Under the pieces are notes generated by a model. It saw only the letters and a program-made list of their open reading frames with translations, did not search any database and was not told where the DNA came from. Shown one piece after another: positions 18,871 through 27,619 of a stretch of 64,000 nucleotides of DNA. A program made the position numbers and the translations under genes. Numbering within the stretch: position 1 is the stretch's first letter; each line of letters starts with the position of its first letter. The DNA is from an uncultured Collinsella sp. (GTDB taxonomy: Bacteria; Actinomycetota; Coriobacteriia; Coriobacteriales; Coriobacteriaceae). The stretch covers positions 834 through 64,833 of the forward strand of contig URNI01000001.1 of NCBI GenBank assembly GCA_900549135.1. The letters run 5' to 3'.

Positions 18871-19453
18871 CGGGCTCGACCGTCCAGGTGATCGTTGCAA
18901 CCTGATCGCCTTCGCCGGTTACGCGGAAGATGTCGCGCGTGACGCGGGCGACGTTTCCGCTTGTCTTGAGCTTAATTTTGTCCGTGCCACCGGCAATGCC
19001 CTGGTAGCCCATGTCGAAGGCTGCATTCTTGGAAAGATCGAGGCCCGTTCCCTGCATTGCGGCGCTGGCGTTCTGGAGCGCGCCGTCGGGGCCGACCTTA
19101 AAGTCGATGGAGTTCTGCGCGGTTCCGGCCTTGGCGTCGGCGGCAATGGTCCAGGTGTTCATGGCGTCGATCTTCATGTTGGTGACATGGATGCCGTAGG
19201 CCGAATGATTGTCGATGGTGGTCGCGTCTTCTGAGGGGCCCTGAAGCGTGCCGTCGGCCTTGGCGACGAAGGGAATAACCGTCGGAACTTTGAACTCAAC
19301 GTTGTCGATCTCGGTCCTGACCATTACCTTCGTGGTTCCAACGCGCCCGGCTGCCATAGCTGGCGTCGGGGCGGCGCCCATTGCGAGCGCGAGCGCGAGC
19401 CCTGCGCCCACGGCGAGCGCTCTGGCTCCGTTCATGTTCCTGGTGATGTCCAT
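18854..19453 (-). CDS. Secreted WxL-like cell-surface protein
   Basis: Signal peptide (..PTPAMA), GAAAGGA RBS, internal WTI and C-terminal VATITWTV resembling the WxL-domain terminal TITWTL strand. Confidence 0.6.
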   Translation of the reverse strand: MDITRNMNGARALAVGAGLALALAMGAAPTPAMAAGRVGTTKVMVRTEIDNVEFKVPTVIPFVAKADGTLQGPSEDATTIDNHSAYGIHVTNMKIDAMNTWTIAADAKAGTAQNSIDFKVGPDGALQNASAAMQGTGLDLSKNAAFDMGYQGIAGGTDKIKLKTSGNVARVTRDIFRVTGEGDQVATITWTVEPGAHTA

Positions 19454-19542
19454 GGTCGTTCCTTTCTATTCGCCGCGGGCCGTCCCCGCGATGATTGGAC
19501 GAATGCTGGTGAATTGCGTGCGGTGCCGCGTCGGCCGGAAAG

Positions 19543-20052
19543 CTAGTTCTCGGCTTGCTCAACCCGCACCTTGACACGTGTCGGATTGCCGTGGCTGTCG
19601 AGGGTCTTGGCATCGAGTGCCTGGATCTCGATGTACGCCTCGCCTTCTTTGATGTCGCCGGCGGGGCACGTTTCGATTGTCTTGCCGGTCTCGACCACAC
19701 CGGATTCGTACATGGTCTCGTCGTTTTGGATGACGCGGAATCGCTGGGGAAATTTATTGTCTTGGACGTTTTGCACGTTGACGCGCAGCTTGCCGTCCTC
19801 CTGCAGCTGAGCGACCGGTGCGACCGAAATCGTCATCATGTTGTCGCGGGCGATGGCGTCGAGCTCATCTTGGATTTCCTGACGCGTTTTGCCCTCGGCC
19901 GTCGTGACCGAAGCGCCCGCCTCGGGTACGGGCTGCGACTGCCAAGCGTATAGTCCTACGGCGACAAGGGCACAGACGATGGCCAAGCAGGCAACGATGA
20001 GCTTCTTGCGACGACCCAGGCCTGCAAAGTGGGGTGGCTTCTTCGCGCTCAT
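19543..20052 (-). CDS. Membrane-anchored extracellular hypothetical protein (beta-rich domain)
   Basis: Start MSAKK at 20052 (ATGA overlap with upstream ORF); basic N-terminus plus TM helix; NVQNVQDNKF...MYESGVVETG. Confidence 0.65.
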   Translation of the reverse strand: MSAKKPPHFAGLGRRKKLIVACLAIVCALVAVGLYAWQSQPVPEAGASVTTAEGKTRQEIQDELDAIARDNMMTISVAPVAQLQEDGKLRVNVQNVQDNKFPQRFRVIQNDETMYESGVVETGKTIETCPAGDIKEGEAYIEIQALDAKTLDSHGNPTRVKVRVEQAEN

Positions 20053-20345
20053 GCGGCATCCTTGGCGGTATAGATGCGCGCAAAGGTGGACGGGTTCGCT
20101 CCAAAGAGCATGTGAAGCATCAGGCGGCGTGAGTAGACAAGCTCGTCGAAGTCGGGAGGGAGCTCGATGTCGTGGATATGCGCGATGCGGTGGGCGAGCG
20201 CCGAGAACGACTCGGGGTCGCAGATCACATCGGTGGTAACGTGGTAGACCGTCGTATCGGGGAATGCCTCTTCGTCGAAAGGCAGGAGATGGGGATCGTC
20301 GTCGACTTCGATGGCGATGCCGTACTGGGGCCAGTAATATGCCAT
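20049..20345 (-). CDS. Small hypothetical protein, possibly degenerate DUF559/Vsr-like fold
   Basis: GGGAGG RBS, YYWPQYGIAIEVD motif; stop overlaps the next start. Confidence 0.5.
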   Translation of the reverse strand: MAYYWPQYGIAIEVDDDPHLLPFDEEAFPDTTVYHVTTDVICDPESFSALAHRIAHIHDIELPPDFDELVYSRRLMLHMLFGANPSTFARIYTAKDAA

Positions 20346-20691
20346 GGGAACCTCCCTGCTTCTGGGGCCAAAACTTCTGTCGATTTTGGCTGTCGATGCC
20401 GACGGTATCAGCCACTACTTGACCAATTGCTGACCAAATGCTTGACGGATTGGTGTCTCCGCAGGTAAAAGGCGGCAAAAAATACTCCAACTTTTTTCAA
20501 GCGACAATCGCGCGGTCGGCGACGGCGGGGCCATATGTGTCAAAAGCATCGTCTGCCGAGGAAATCAAGCCGCTCGCCGAATTGCACGAACGTAAAAATC
20601 GCCAATTATGGAGACGGTCTCGAACACGTCGACGAAACGATGCGGTAACATCTCCCTGCAAACACTGTAGTTAGCTAAAGGGGGAGTTCGC

Positions 20692-22293
20692 GTGTCTGCA
20701 ACCATCAAACCCTTCACCGACGAGTTCGAAGAGTATGGTCGCGATGAGTCTCGCGCATCGGGCGAGGCCTCGAGCATCTCGTTTCCGACAACGGAAGACG
20801 AGGTCCGTGCCATTTTGGAAAAGCTCCATGCCGAGCGTGTCCCGGTAACGGTTCAGGGCGCCCGAACCGGCCTTGCCGCCGGTGCCGTGCCCCACGGCGG
20901 GCATATCCTCAATACTTCCCGTATGAATCGCTACTTGGGCCTTCGCCGCGATGAACAAGGCCAATTTCTGCTGCGCGTGGAGCCGGGCGTTGTGCTCTCG
21001 GAGCTGCGCAAGCAGCTGAGCAAGAAGGTGCTGCCGACCGCTGGTTGGGACCAGGCATCGCTTGAGGCCTACGAGGAGTTCCAAGAGGCTCCCGAGCAGT
21101 TTTTTCCCACCGATCCCACCGAGGCGTCTGCCTGTCTGGGCGGCATGGCGGCATGTAACGCCTCCGGTGCCCGCAGCTACGCCTACGGCCCCATGCGTCC
21201 ACATATCACGGGACTCCACGTCGTGCTGGCTGATGGCGATTTGCTTGAGCTTCGGCGCGGCGAGGCTTTTGCCCAGGGCCGCCACCTGTCGCTCGTGACG
21301 GCAGAGGGCCGTACACTCGAGCTCGATCTTCCCGGCTATACCATGCCCAAGACAAAAAATGCTTCGGGCTATTTCGTTGCTGACGATATGGATGCCATCG
21401 ATCTGTTTATCGGTGCGTGTGGCACAATCGGCGTCATCACCGAACTCGAGATTGCCCTGCAGGTGGCACCCGCGGTCGTTTGGGGCGTGAGCTGCTTCTT
21501 CGACAGCGAAGACAAGGCCGTGTCCTTCACCGATTCTGTGCGTCCCGTCCTGTCCCATGCGGCTGCCATCGAGTACTTCGATGCTGGCGCCCTGGATATT
21601 CTACGTCGCCAGCGCGAGCAGTCGACGGCGTTTGCCTCGCTGCCGGCGCTCGACAAAGACGCCAAGGTCTGTGTCTACGTGGAGCTCGACTGCGACGACG
21701 AAGCCCAGGCGACTGAGGAGCTGTATCACTTGGGGTGGGTACTGGAGCTTGCGGGCGGCAGTGACGATGCGACATGGGTCGCGCGCACCGAGGTCGATCG
21801 CGAGTGTCAGCGATTCTTCCGCCATGCGGTGCCCGAGAGCGTCAACATGCTCATCGACGAGCGCCGCCGCATGGATCCCACCATCACCAAACTGGGTTCG
21901 GACATGTCGGTGCCCAACGCGCACTTGGCCGATGTTATCGCCCTCTATCGCCGCACGCTGGCGGAAAGTGGGCTTGAATCTGCCGCCTGGGGGCATATCG
22001 GTAACAACCATCTGCATGTGAACATTCTGCCGCGCGATGCACAGGATTATCGCCGCGGCGGAGAACTCTTTGCCCAGTGGGCTTCCGAGGTCACGGCCAT
22101 GGGCGGTGCCGTCTCCGCAGAACACGGCGTCGGCAAGATCAAGGCGGGCTTCTTGGAGACGATGTACGGTCACGAGGCCATGGTCGAGTCGGCGCGGCTC
22201 AAGCTCCAGCTCGATCCTGCCGGGCAGCTGGGTCGCGGTAACCTGTTTTCGGAGAAGCTCTTGGATGAGCTCGTCCAGAAAGGGGGCGCGTGA
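20692..22293 (+). CDS. FAD-binding oxidoreductase (D-2-hydroxyacid/lactate dehydrogenase, GlcD/LctD-like)
   Basis: QGARTGLAAGAVP, LGGMAACNASG, IGACGTIGVIT, GHIGNNHLHVN and VSAEHGVGK. Confidence 0.85.
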   Translation: MSATIKPFTDEFEEYGRDESRASGEASSISFPTTEDEVRAILEKLHAERVPVTVQGARTGLAAGAVPHGGHILNTSRMNRYLGLRRDEQGQFLLRVEPGVVLSELRKQLSKKVLPTAGWDQASLEAYEEFQEAPEQFFPTDPTEASACLGGMAACNASGARSYAYGPMRPHITGLHVVLADGDLLELRRGEAFAQGRHLSLVTAEGRTLELDLPGYTMPKTKNASGYFVADDMDAIDLFIGACGTIGVITELEIALQVAPAVVWGVSCFFDSEDKAVSFTDSVRPVLSHAAAIEYFDAGALDILRRQREQSTAFASLPALDKDAKVCVYVELDCDDEAQATEELYHLGWVLELAGGSDDATWVARTEVDRECQRFFRHAVPESVNMLIDERRRMDPTITKLGSDMSVPNAHLADVIALYRRTLAESGLESAAWGHIGNNHLHVNILPRDAQDYRRGGELFAQWASEVTAMGGAVSAEHGVGKIKAGFLETMYGHEAMVESARLKLQLDPAGQLGRGNLFSEKLLDELVQKGGA

Positions 22294-23111
22294 AGATGAG
22301 CGATTTCCATATGGTGGTGTGCGTCAAGGCCGTGCCGGGCAGCACCGAGGTCAAGATGGACCCCAAGACCAATACCATCGTGCGCGATGGCAAGCAGGCG
22401 GTCATTAATCCCTTTGATGCGAGCGCTTTGGAATGCGCGCTGGCGCTGAAGGACGACTTTATCGGCTTTGGCATGGACGTGCGCGTGACGGTGGTGTCGA
22501 TGGGCATCCCCGCGACCGAATCGCTGCTGCGCGACTGCATCGCTCGAGGCGCCGACGACGCGCTGCTGCTGACCGACCGAGCCTTTGCAGGTGCCGATAC
22601 CCTGGCAACCACCTATGCCCTCAAGTGCGGCATCGAAGCGCTCGACGAGGACTTCGACCTGCTCATCTGCGGCAAGATGGCGGTGGATGGTGATACGGCC
22701 CAGATTGGCCCCGAGCTTGCCGGCGCCTTTGAGATTCCCTGCGTGACCGATGTGAGCTGCGTGCAGAGCGCAGGTTTTACGACGTGCGGTGCGCTTTCGC
22801 TCGTTCACGGTTGCGATGCCGGCGAGGAGACGGTCTATCTTGAGATGCCGTGCGCGATGACGACTGCCAAGGAGATTGGCCAGTTGCGTATGCCGAGTAT
22901 TGCCGGTATTCGCGCGGCGGAGGAGGCGGACGTGCGCGTGGTCAGTGCCGCCGACGTGAACGCCGACCCCGCGCGTTGCGGTCTTGCCGGGTCGCCGACA
23001 CAGGTCGTGCGCTCGTTTGTGCCCGACCGTGACCAAACGTGCGAGGCCGTTGAGGGGACGGCGTCCGAGCAGGCGGCAAAGCTTGCCAAGATTATCGAGG
23101 GGATGGCATAG
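22290..23111 (+). CDS. etfB: Electron transfer flavoprotein beta subunit
   Basis: VVCVKAVP, INPFD, FAGADTLAT, CGKMAVDGDTAQIGP and GLAGSPTQV. Confidence 0.9.
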   Translation: MKMSDFHMVVCVKAVPGSTEVKMDPKTNTIVRDGKQAVINPFDASALECALALKDDFIGFGMDVRVTVVSMGIPATESLLRDCIARGADDALLLTDRAFAGADTLATTYALKCGIEALDEDFDLLICGKMAVDGDTAQIGPELAGAFEIPCVTDVSCVQSAGFTTCGALSLVHGCDAGEETVYLEMPCAMTTAKEIGQLRMPSIAGIRAAEEADVRVVSAADVNADPARCGLAGSPTQVVRSFVPDRDQTCEAVEGTASEQAAKLAKIIEGMA

Positions 23112-24317
23112 ATGAGCGGACTGATTATCGATAGCGAAGCCTGTATCGGCTGCGGTCGCTGCGTTCGCGCCTGTGCCTCGGGCGGCATCGTAGTGGAAGG
23201 CGAGCGACCCAGCCGATGCGCCCGCGTAACCGACGGCTGCATCCTATGCGGTGGGTGCGTCGACGCCTGCCCTGTCAACGCTATCTCGATCGAGCGTGAC
23301 GAGGCCGCTGGTGCGGTGGACCTTGATGCATATCGAGACATTTGGGTATTCGCGCAGACCGACGAGCACGATACGGTGACTCCCGTTGCCTATGAGCTTA
23401 TGGGCAAGGGCCGCGAGCTTGCCGATGCTCGCGACTGCCGTCTGGTGGCACTGATCGGTATGGGTCCCGAGGGTTCTCTCGGCGACCTGGAGCATCTGGT
23501 TTGCGCGGGCGCCGACGAAGTCCTGGCCTGTCGCGACGAGCGCCTGCGCCAAAACGATGCGGAGGTCTACGCCCGCTTGATCTGCGATTTGGTAGCCGAA
23601 CGCAAACCCGAGGCCATCCTATACGGTGCGACCGCTTTTGGCCGCGAACTGGCACCCGGCGTTGCCGTGCGCTTGCAGACGGGCCTTACGGCTGACTGCA
23701 CCGTACTTTCGATGGATACGGAGACGGGACTGCTGCAACAGACGCGTCCGGCGTTTGGCGGCAACCTGATGGCCACCATCGTCTGCCCCAATCATCGTCC
23801 CCAGATGGCAACGGTTCGTCCCGGCATCTTTAAGGCGCCCGACTTTGACTACGACCGCTCCGGCACGATCACCCAGATATCACTTGCGGATGATGCTAAG
23901 GCTCGTGTCGAGATCTCGATTCCCGCCGAGGAGTGGGGACAGCAGGCTTCGATCGCCGATGCCGAGCGCCTGGTCGTGGTGGGTCGCGGCATTGGTTCCA
24001 AGAAAAATCTGCCGCTGATGCGAAGGCTCGCCGAGGCTCTGGGAGCCGAGCTTGGCTGCACGCGACCTGTCGTGGAGGCCGGCTGGTTGGAGTATCGCCA
24101 TCAGATTGGCCAGACGGGCGTATCGGTTTCGCCCAAGCTTCTCGTGAGTATCGGTGTTTCGGGCGCCATCCAGCATCTTGCCGGCATCGGTGGGGCTGAG
24201 TGCATTATCGCCATCAACGAGGACCCGGATGCCCCCATTTTTGGTACTGCCCAGTACAAGGTTGTCGGCGATGCCGTCGAGGTCGTCGAGGAGCTGCTGG
24301 CTCAGCTTGAGCGCTAG
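23112..24317 (+). CDS. etfA: Electron transfer flavoprotein alpha subunit with N-terminal ferredoxin-like domain
   Basis: CIGCGRCVRAC and CILCGGCVDACP motifs; GLTADCT, RPAFGGNLMA, QIGQTG and GVSGAIQHLAG. Confidence 0.9.
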   Translation: MSGLIIDSEACIGCGRCVRACASGGIVVEGERPSRCARVTDGCILCGGCVDACPVNAISIERDEAAGAVDLDAYRDIWVFAQTDEHDTVTPVAYELMGKGRELADARDCRLVALIGMGPEGSLGDLEHLVCAGADEVLACRDERLRQNDAEVYARLICDLVAERKPEAILYGATAFGRELAPGVAVRLQTGLTADCTVLSMDTETGLLQQTRPAFGGNLMATIVCPNHRPQMATVRPGIFKAPDFDYDRSGTITQISLADDAKARVEISIPAEEWGQQASIADAERLVVVGRGIGSKKNLPLMRRLAEALGAELGCTRPVVEAGWLEYRHQIGQTGVSVSPKLLVSIGVSGAIQHLAGIGGAECIIAINEDPDAPIFGTAQYKVVGDAVEVVEELLAQLER

Positions 24318-25126
24318 GCGCGCGCCAGCCAGTCGCGCATCTCGTCCTTAAGGCGGCTCCAAGTTGCCTGCGTGGCGGGGTCGGTAAAGGGCCGCGTGAT
24401 GCCAAAAGGCGCGTCGAGCAGGCGGTAGATATCGCCCTGCTCGCGCGCCAGCGCGCGGCTCGCTGGATAGACGAGCTCAAACATAAAGCAGATGAGTCCC
24501 ACCAGGTAGTCTGCGGGCTCGTCGCGTTCATCGCGTGCGACGCAGCGGTGCTCGTCAAAGGCTGCAAGTGTCGGCGACGAGAAACGGCTGCCGAGAAACG
24601 TCTTCTCGTCCACCTTGAGGATAGTGTCGACAGTGCTGTCGGCGATGGCGCGCATAATGTCGATCTTGTCGCCATCGCGCACGATATCGCAGAAGCTCCG
24701 CGTGCGCTCGTCAAGCTGCGCGGGTAGACGGAAATCGCTGTGATAGGCAATGCTCGCTCGGATGAGCTCATCTTCTGCCGGGTCATCGATAAAGTCGCGA
24801 ATGCTCGTTACGGCGGGTGCATCGGCGGGATTCTCGCCAAAGAGGACCTCGATGCCCAGCGCCGCATGGCTCATGCTCTCGGCGTCCTTAAAGGTGTCCC
24901 AGCGTCGCAGCTGCTCAAAGCGGCCCATATCGTGTAGCAGGCCGCAAAGCCATGCCAGGTCAATATCTTCTGACGACCAGCCCTGCTCGCGCGCTACGGC
25001 ATCGCATGCCTCGGCCACGTGGTACGTATGCTCGATTTTGAGCGCGATGCGTGGGTTGGTGACGTCGTAGGCATCGGTGTAGCTTTTGAAGGCCGCGCGC
25101 GCCCGGTCTCGATCGATAGCTGTCAT
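24314..25126 (-). CDS. HD-domain phosphohydrolase
   Basis: LKIEHTYHV, GLLHDMGRFEQ, SHAALG and RDGDKIDI. Confidence 0.85.
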   Translation of the reverse strand: MTAIDRDRARAAFKSYTDAYDVTNPRIALKIEHTYHVAEACDAVAREQGWSSEDIDLAWLCGLLHDMGRFEQLRRWDTFKDAESMSHAALGIEVLFGENPADAPAVTSIRDFIDDPAEDELIRASIAYHSDFRLPAQLDERTRSFCDIVRDGDKIDIMRAIADSTVDTILKVDEKTFLGSRFSSPTLAAFDEHRCVARDERDEPADYLVGLICFMFELVYPASRALAREQGDIYRLLDAPFGITRPFTDPATQATWSRLKDEMRDWLARA

Positions 25127-25252
25127 AATGACTTCCTAAAAAGTTGTGTCTTTCGATCCGGTGGCAATTGTAGGTGAACTCGGTTGCTGTCGGATGATGA
25201 TTCTGCCGTATCGCTACATGCGGCTCGGAGACCTTGTCAGGATGAGAAGCGT

Positions 25253-25945
25253 ATGGTGTTCAAAATCGTTAGAACCGTCTGGCCGGTGATGCTTACCTAT
25301 GTTGCAATAGGCGCGCCGTGCGGAATGATCATGGGGCAGACGGGAATGGAGCCCTGGATGGTCTTTGCCCTGAGCAGCACGTTTGTGACGGGCAGCGGGC
25401 AGTTTATGATCTGCAATCTGTGGCTGGCGGGTGTGCCTGCAGCATCGATCGTCGCGAGCGTCGCCGCAATCTCCTCGCGCTTTGCGCTTTACTCGGCATC
25501 GATCGCACCGCATCTGAGGGGTGCCTCGAAGCGTCAGACGCTGGCTGTTGCCGCGACACTTACCGAGGAGGCATACGGCATCTCGCTTGCCAAGTTGGTT
25601 GAAGGGGAGGATTGGGGCCCGCGTGAGTCCTTCGTGCTCAACGTGATCCTTATCGCAACATGGGGCGTTTCGTGTACGACGGGCGCCATCGTCGGCGCCG
25701 TTGTCGATGTTCCCACCGCCATTGCAGCCTTTGTCTGCACCTCACTCTTTATCTGCCTGCTCTTTTCGCAGCGGCTGTCGCGCGGCAACGTTGTCGCGGC
25801 GGTTTCGGGCGCGGTGTCCGTCGCCGTATGCAAGTTCTTGGGCCTCACGAATATTGCCGTGCCGGCAAGCGTCGTGGCCGGCATTGCCATTGCGTTGGCG
25901 TGCGATGCTGTATTTGACGGAAGAGGTGCCCGCGATGCCCGTTAA
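25253..25945 (+). CDS. azlC: AzlC family branched-chain amino acid export permease
   Basis: FVTGSGQF, RFALYSAS and LTEEAY; TM helices. Confidence 0.8.
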   Translation: MVFKIVRTVWPVMLTYVAIGAPCGMIMGQTGMEPWMVFALSSTFVTGSGQFMICNLWLAGVPAASIVASVAAISSRFALYSASIAPHLRGASKRQTLAVAATLTEEAYGISLAKLVEGEDWGPRESFVLNVILIATWGVSCTTGAIVGAVVDVPTAIAAFVCTSLFICLLFSQRLSRGNVVAAVSGAVSVAVCKFLGLTNIAVPASVVAGIAIALACDAVFDGRGARDAR

Positions 25946-26258
25946 CGAGTTCTTGGTTCTGTGGCTGTCGTCGTGGGCTGCTATCGCGTTCTTTCGCATC
26001 GCGCCGGCGTTCGCCTTGCGCGGGCGGACCCTGTCGCCCCGCATTACCGAGGCCCTGGGCTATATCCCGCCCGCTGCCTTTGCCGCGCTGGTCGCCAACG
26101 ACTTGGTGAGCCCCGGCGCGTTCGACGCGGGACTCTGGCCTGCCTTGGTTCCCTGGATTGCGGCCGCCGGCGTCGTGGTCGTGGCGGTCAAGACAAAATC
26201 GATGCTGTGGTGCTGCGTCTCGGGCATCGTACTCTATATTGTCTTGAGCCTTATATAG
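25935..26258 (+). CDS. azlD: AzlD family protein
   Basis: FRIAP..., LGYIPPAAFAALV; overlaps the azlC end; start at MPVNEF. Confidence 0.8.
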   Translation: MPVNEFLVLWLSSWAAIAFFRIAPAFALRGRTLSPRITEALGYIPPAAFAALVANDLVSPGAFDAGLWPALVPWIAAAGVVVVAVKTKSMLWCCVSGIVLYIVLSLI

Positions 26259-26407
26259 GGGTGGCGTCGCGGGCGCCGAATCTCGTTCCATCCCAACTTG
26301 TCGGATTTTTCACCGAGCTGGTCTATTTCTTCTGGTACCATGGTCAAACTTTACTGTAGCAAAGCGTGACGTGGGCTTTTGTACCCCGTCAGCGGAAATG
26401 GGGTTTC

Positions 26408-27430
26408 ATGGCACAGGAAGCAACCACCAACGAGCAAAAGAAATTCAAGGTCCCGCGCATTCCGGGCGACATCATGATCTATCCGATGATCGTCGGTCTT
26501 TTGCTCAACACCTTCTGCCCGCAGGTTTTTGAGATCGGCGGCTTCTTTACGGCTGCCTGCCGCGGTGGCTCCAATACCATCGTCGCCGCGATCCTGCTGT
26601 TTGTGGGCGCCGGCATCAGCTTCAAGTCCACGCCGGGCGCCATCAAGACCGGCATCGTCGTGCTGATTCCCAAGCTGGTCGTCGCAGCGGCTCTCGGCCT
26701 AGGCGTGGCATATTTCTTTAACGACAACTTCCTGGGTCTGAGCTCCGTGTCTATCATCGGCGGCATTACGTTTTGCAACATGGCGCTCTATACGGGCATC
26801 ATGGGCGAGTTCGGCGATGAGTCCGAGCAGGGCGCCGTCGGTATCCTGTTCTTTACGGCCGGCCCCGCCGTCACCATGATCATCCTCGGTGTCTCGGGTC
26901 TCGCCAACATCCCCGTCGGCACCATCATCGGATCCATCCTGCCGCTCGCTATCGGCATGGTTCTGGGTAACCTGTTCCCGTTTATCAAGAACCTGCTAGT
27001 TCCCGGTGCCAACCCTGCGATTGCCGTCATCGGATTTCAGCTCGGTGCGTCCATGAGCCTGTCGAGCTTTATCACTGGTGGCATTTCCGGCATCTTGCTG
27101 GGCCTTGTCACGCTGTTTGTCGTCGGTCCCATCACCTTTGCGTTCGAGCGCCTGTGCGGTGGTAACGGCAAGGCTGCCGTGGCTTGCTCCACCATCGCCG
27201 GCACGGCTATGACCACGCCGGTTGCTCACGCCGAGGTCGCGCCGCGCTACGCCGAGCTTGCACCCACCGCGTACGCCCAGATCGCCACTGCCGTTATCAT
27301 CACGGCAATCATGGCTCCGATTCTGACCGGCTGGGTCGACAAGAAGTTCTGCCAGGGCAAGGAGGACCTGTCGCCTGCCGGTGTCGAGGCCATCGAGGAG
27401 GTCGTCGCGACCGACATCGACGGCGAGTAA
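26408..27430 (+). CDS. kdgT: 2-keto-3-deoxygluconate permease
   Basis: RIPGDIMIYPM..GLLLNTF.P, EIGGFFTA, NMALYTGIMGEFG and AQIATAVIIT. Confidence 0.8.
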   Translation: MAQEATTNEQKKFKVPRIPGDIMIYPMIVGLLLNTFCPQVFEIGGFFTAACRGGSNTIVAAILLFVGAGISFKSTPGAIKTGIVVLIPKLVVAAALGLGVAYFFNDNFLGLSSVSIIGGITFCNMALYTGIMGEFGDESEQGAVGILFFTAGPAVTMIILGVSGLANIPVGTIIGSILPLAIGMVLGNLFPFIKNLLVPGANPAIAVIGFQLGASMSLSSFITGGISGILLGLVTLFVVGPITFAFERLCGGNGKAAVACSTIAGTAMTTPVAHAEVAPRYAELAPTAYAQIATAVIITAIMAPILTGWVDKKFCQGKEDLSPAGVEAIEEVVATDIDGE

Positions 27431-27476
27431 CGGCCGTTACCGATAATTGATTCCGGCGTGCAATTCGCGCCGTCCG

Positions 27477-27520
27477 AGCGCCCGAACAGAAACTGTTTTG
27501 CAGTGATGTTCGGGCGCTTT
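27477..27520 (+). terminator. Hairpin downstream of kdgT
   Basis: AGCGCCCGAACA ... TGTTCGGGCGCT followed by TT. Confidence 0.45.
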
Positions 27521-27619
27521 GCTATGATTCCCTTTACCCCTGCGGAGTAAAGGGGTGTTTATTGCCCTGATTCGAATTGGGCGATTCTGACCATTCGGAT
27601 ATTGAAGGGATGGCGTCTA

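Noticed and set aside
20346..20690. c-di-GMP riboswitch ahead of the surface-protein operon
   Set aside because: No GEMM-type GGCAAA..GAAA..GACGCAAA pattern could be seen.
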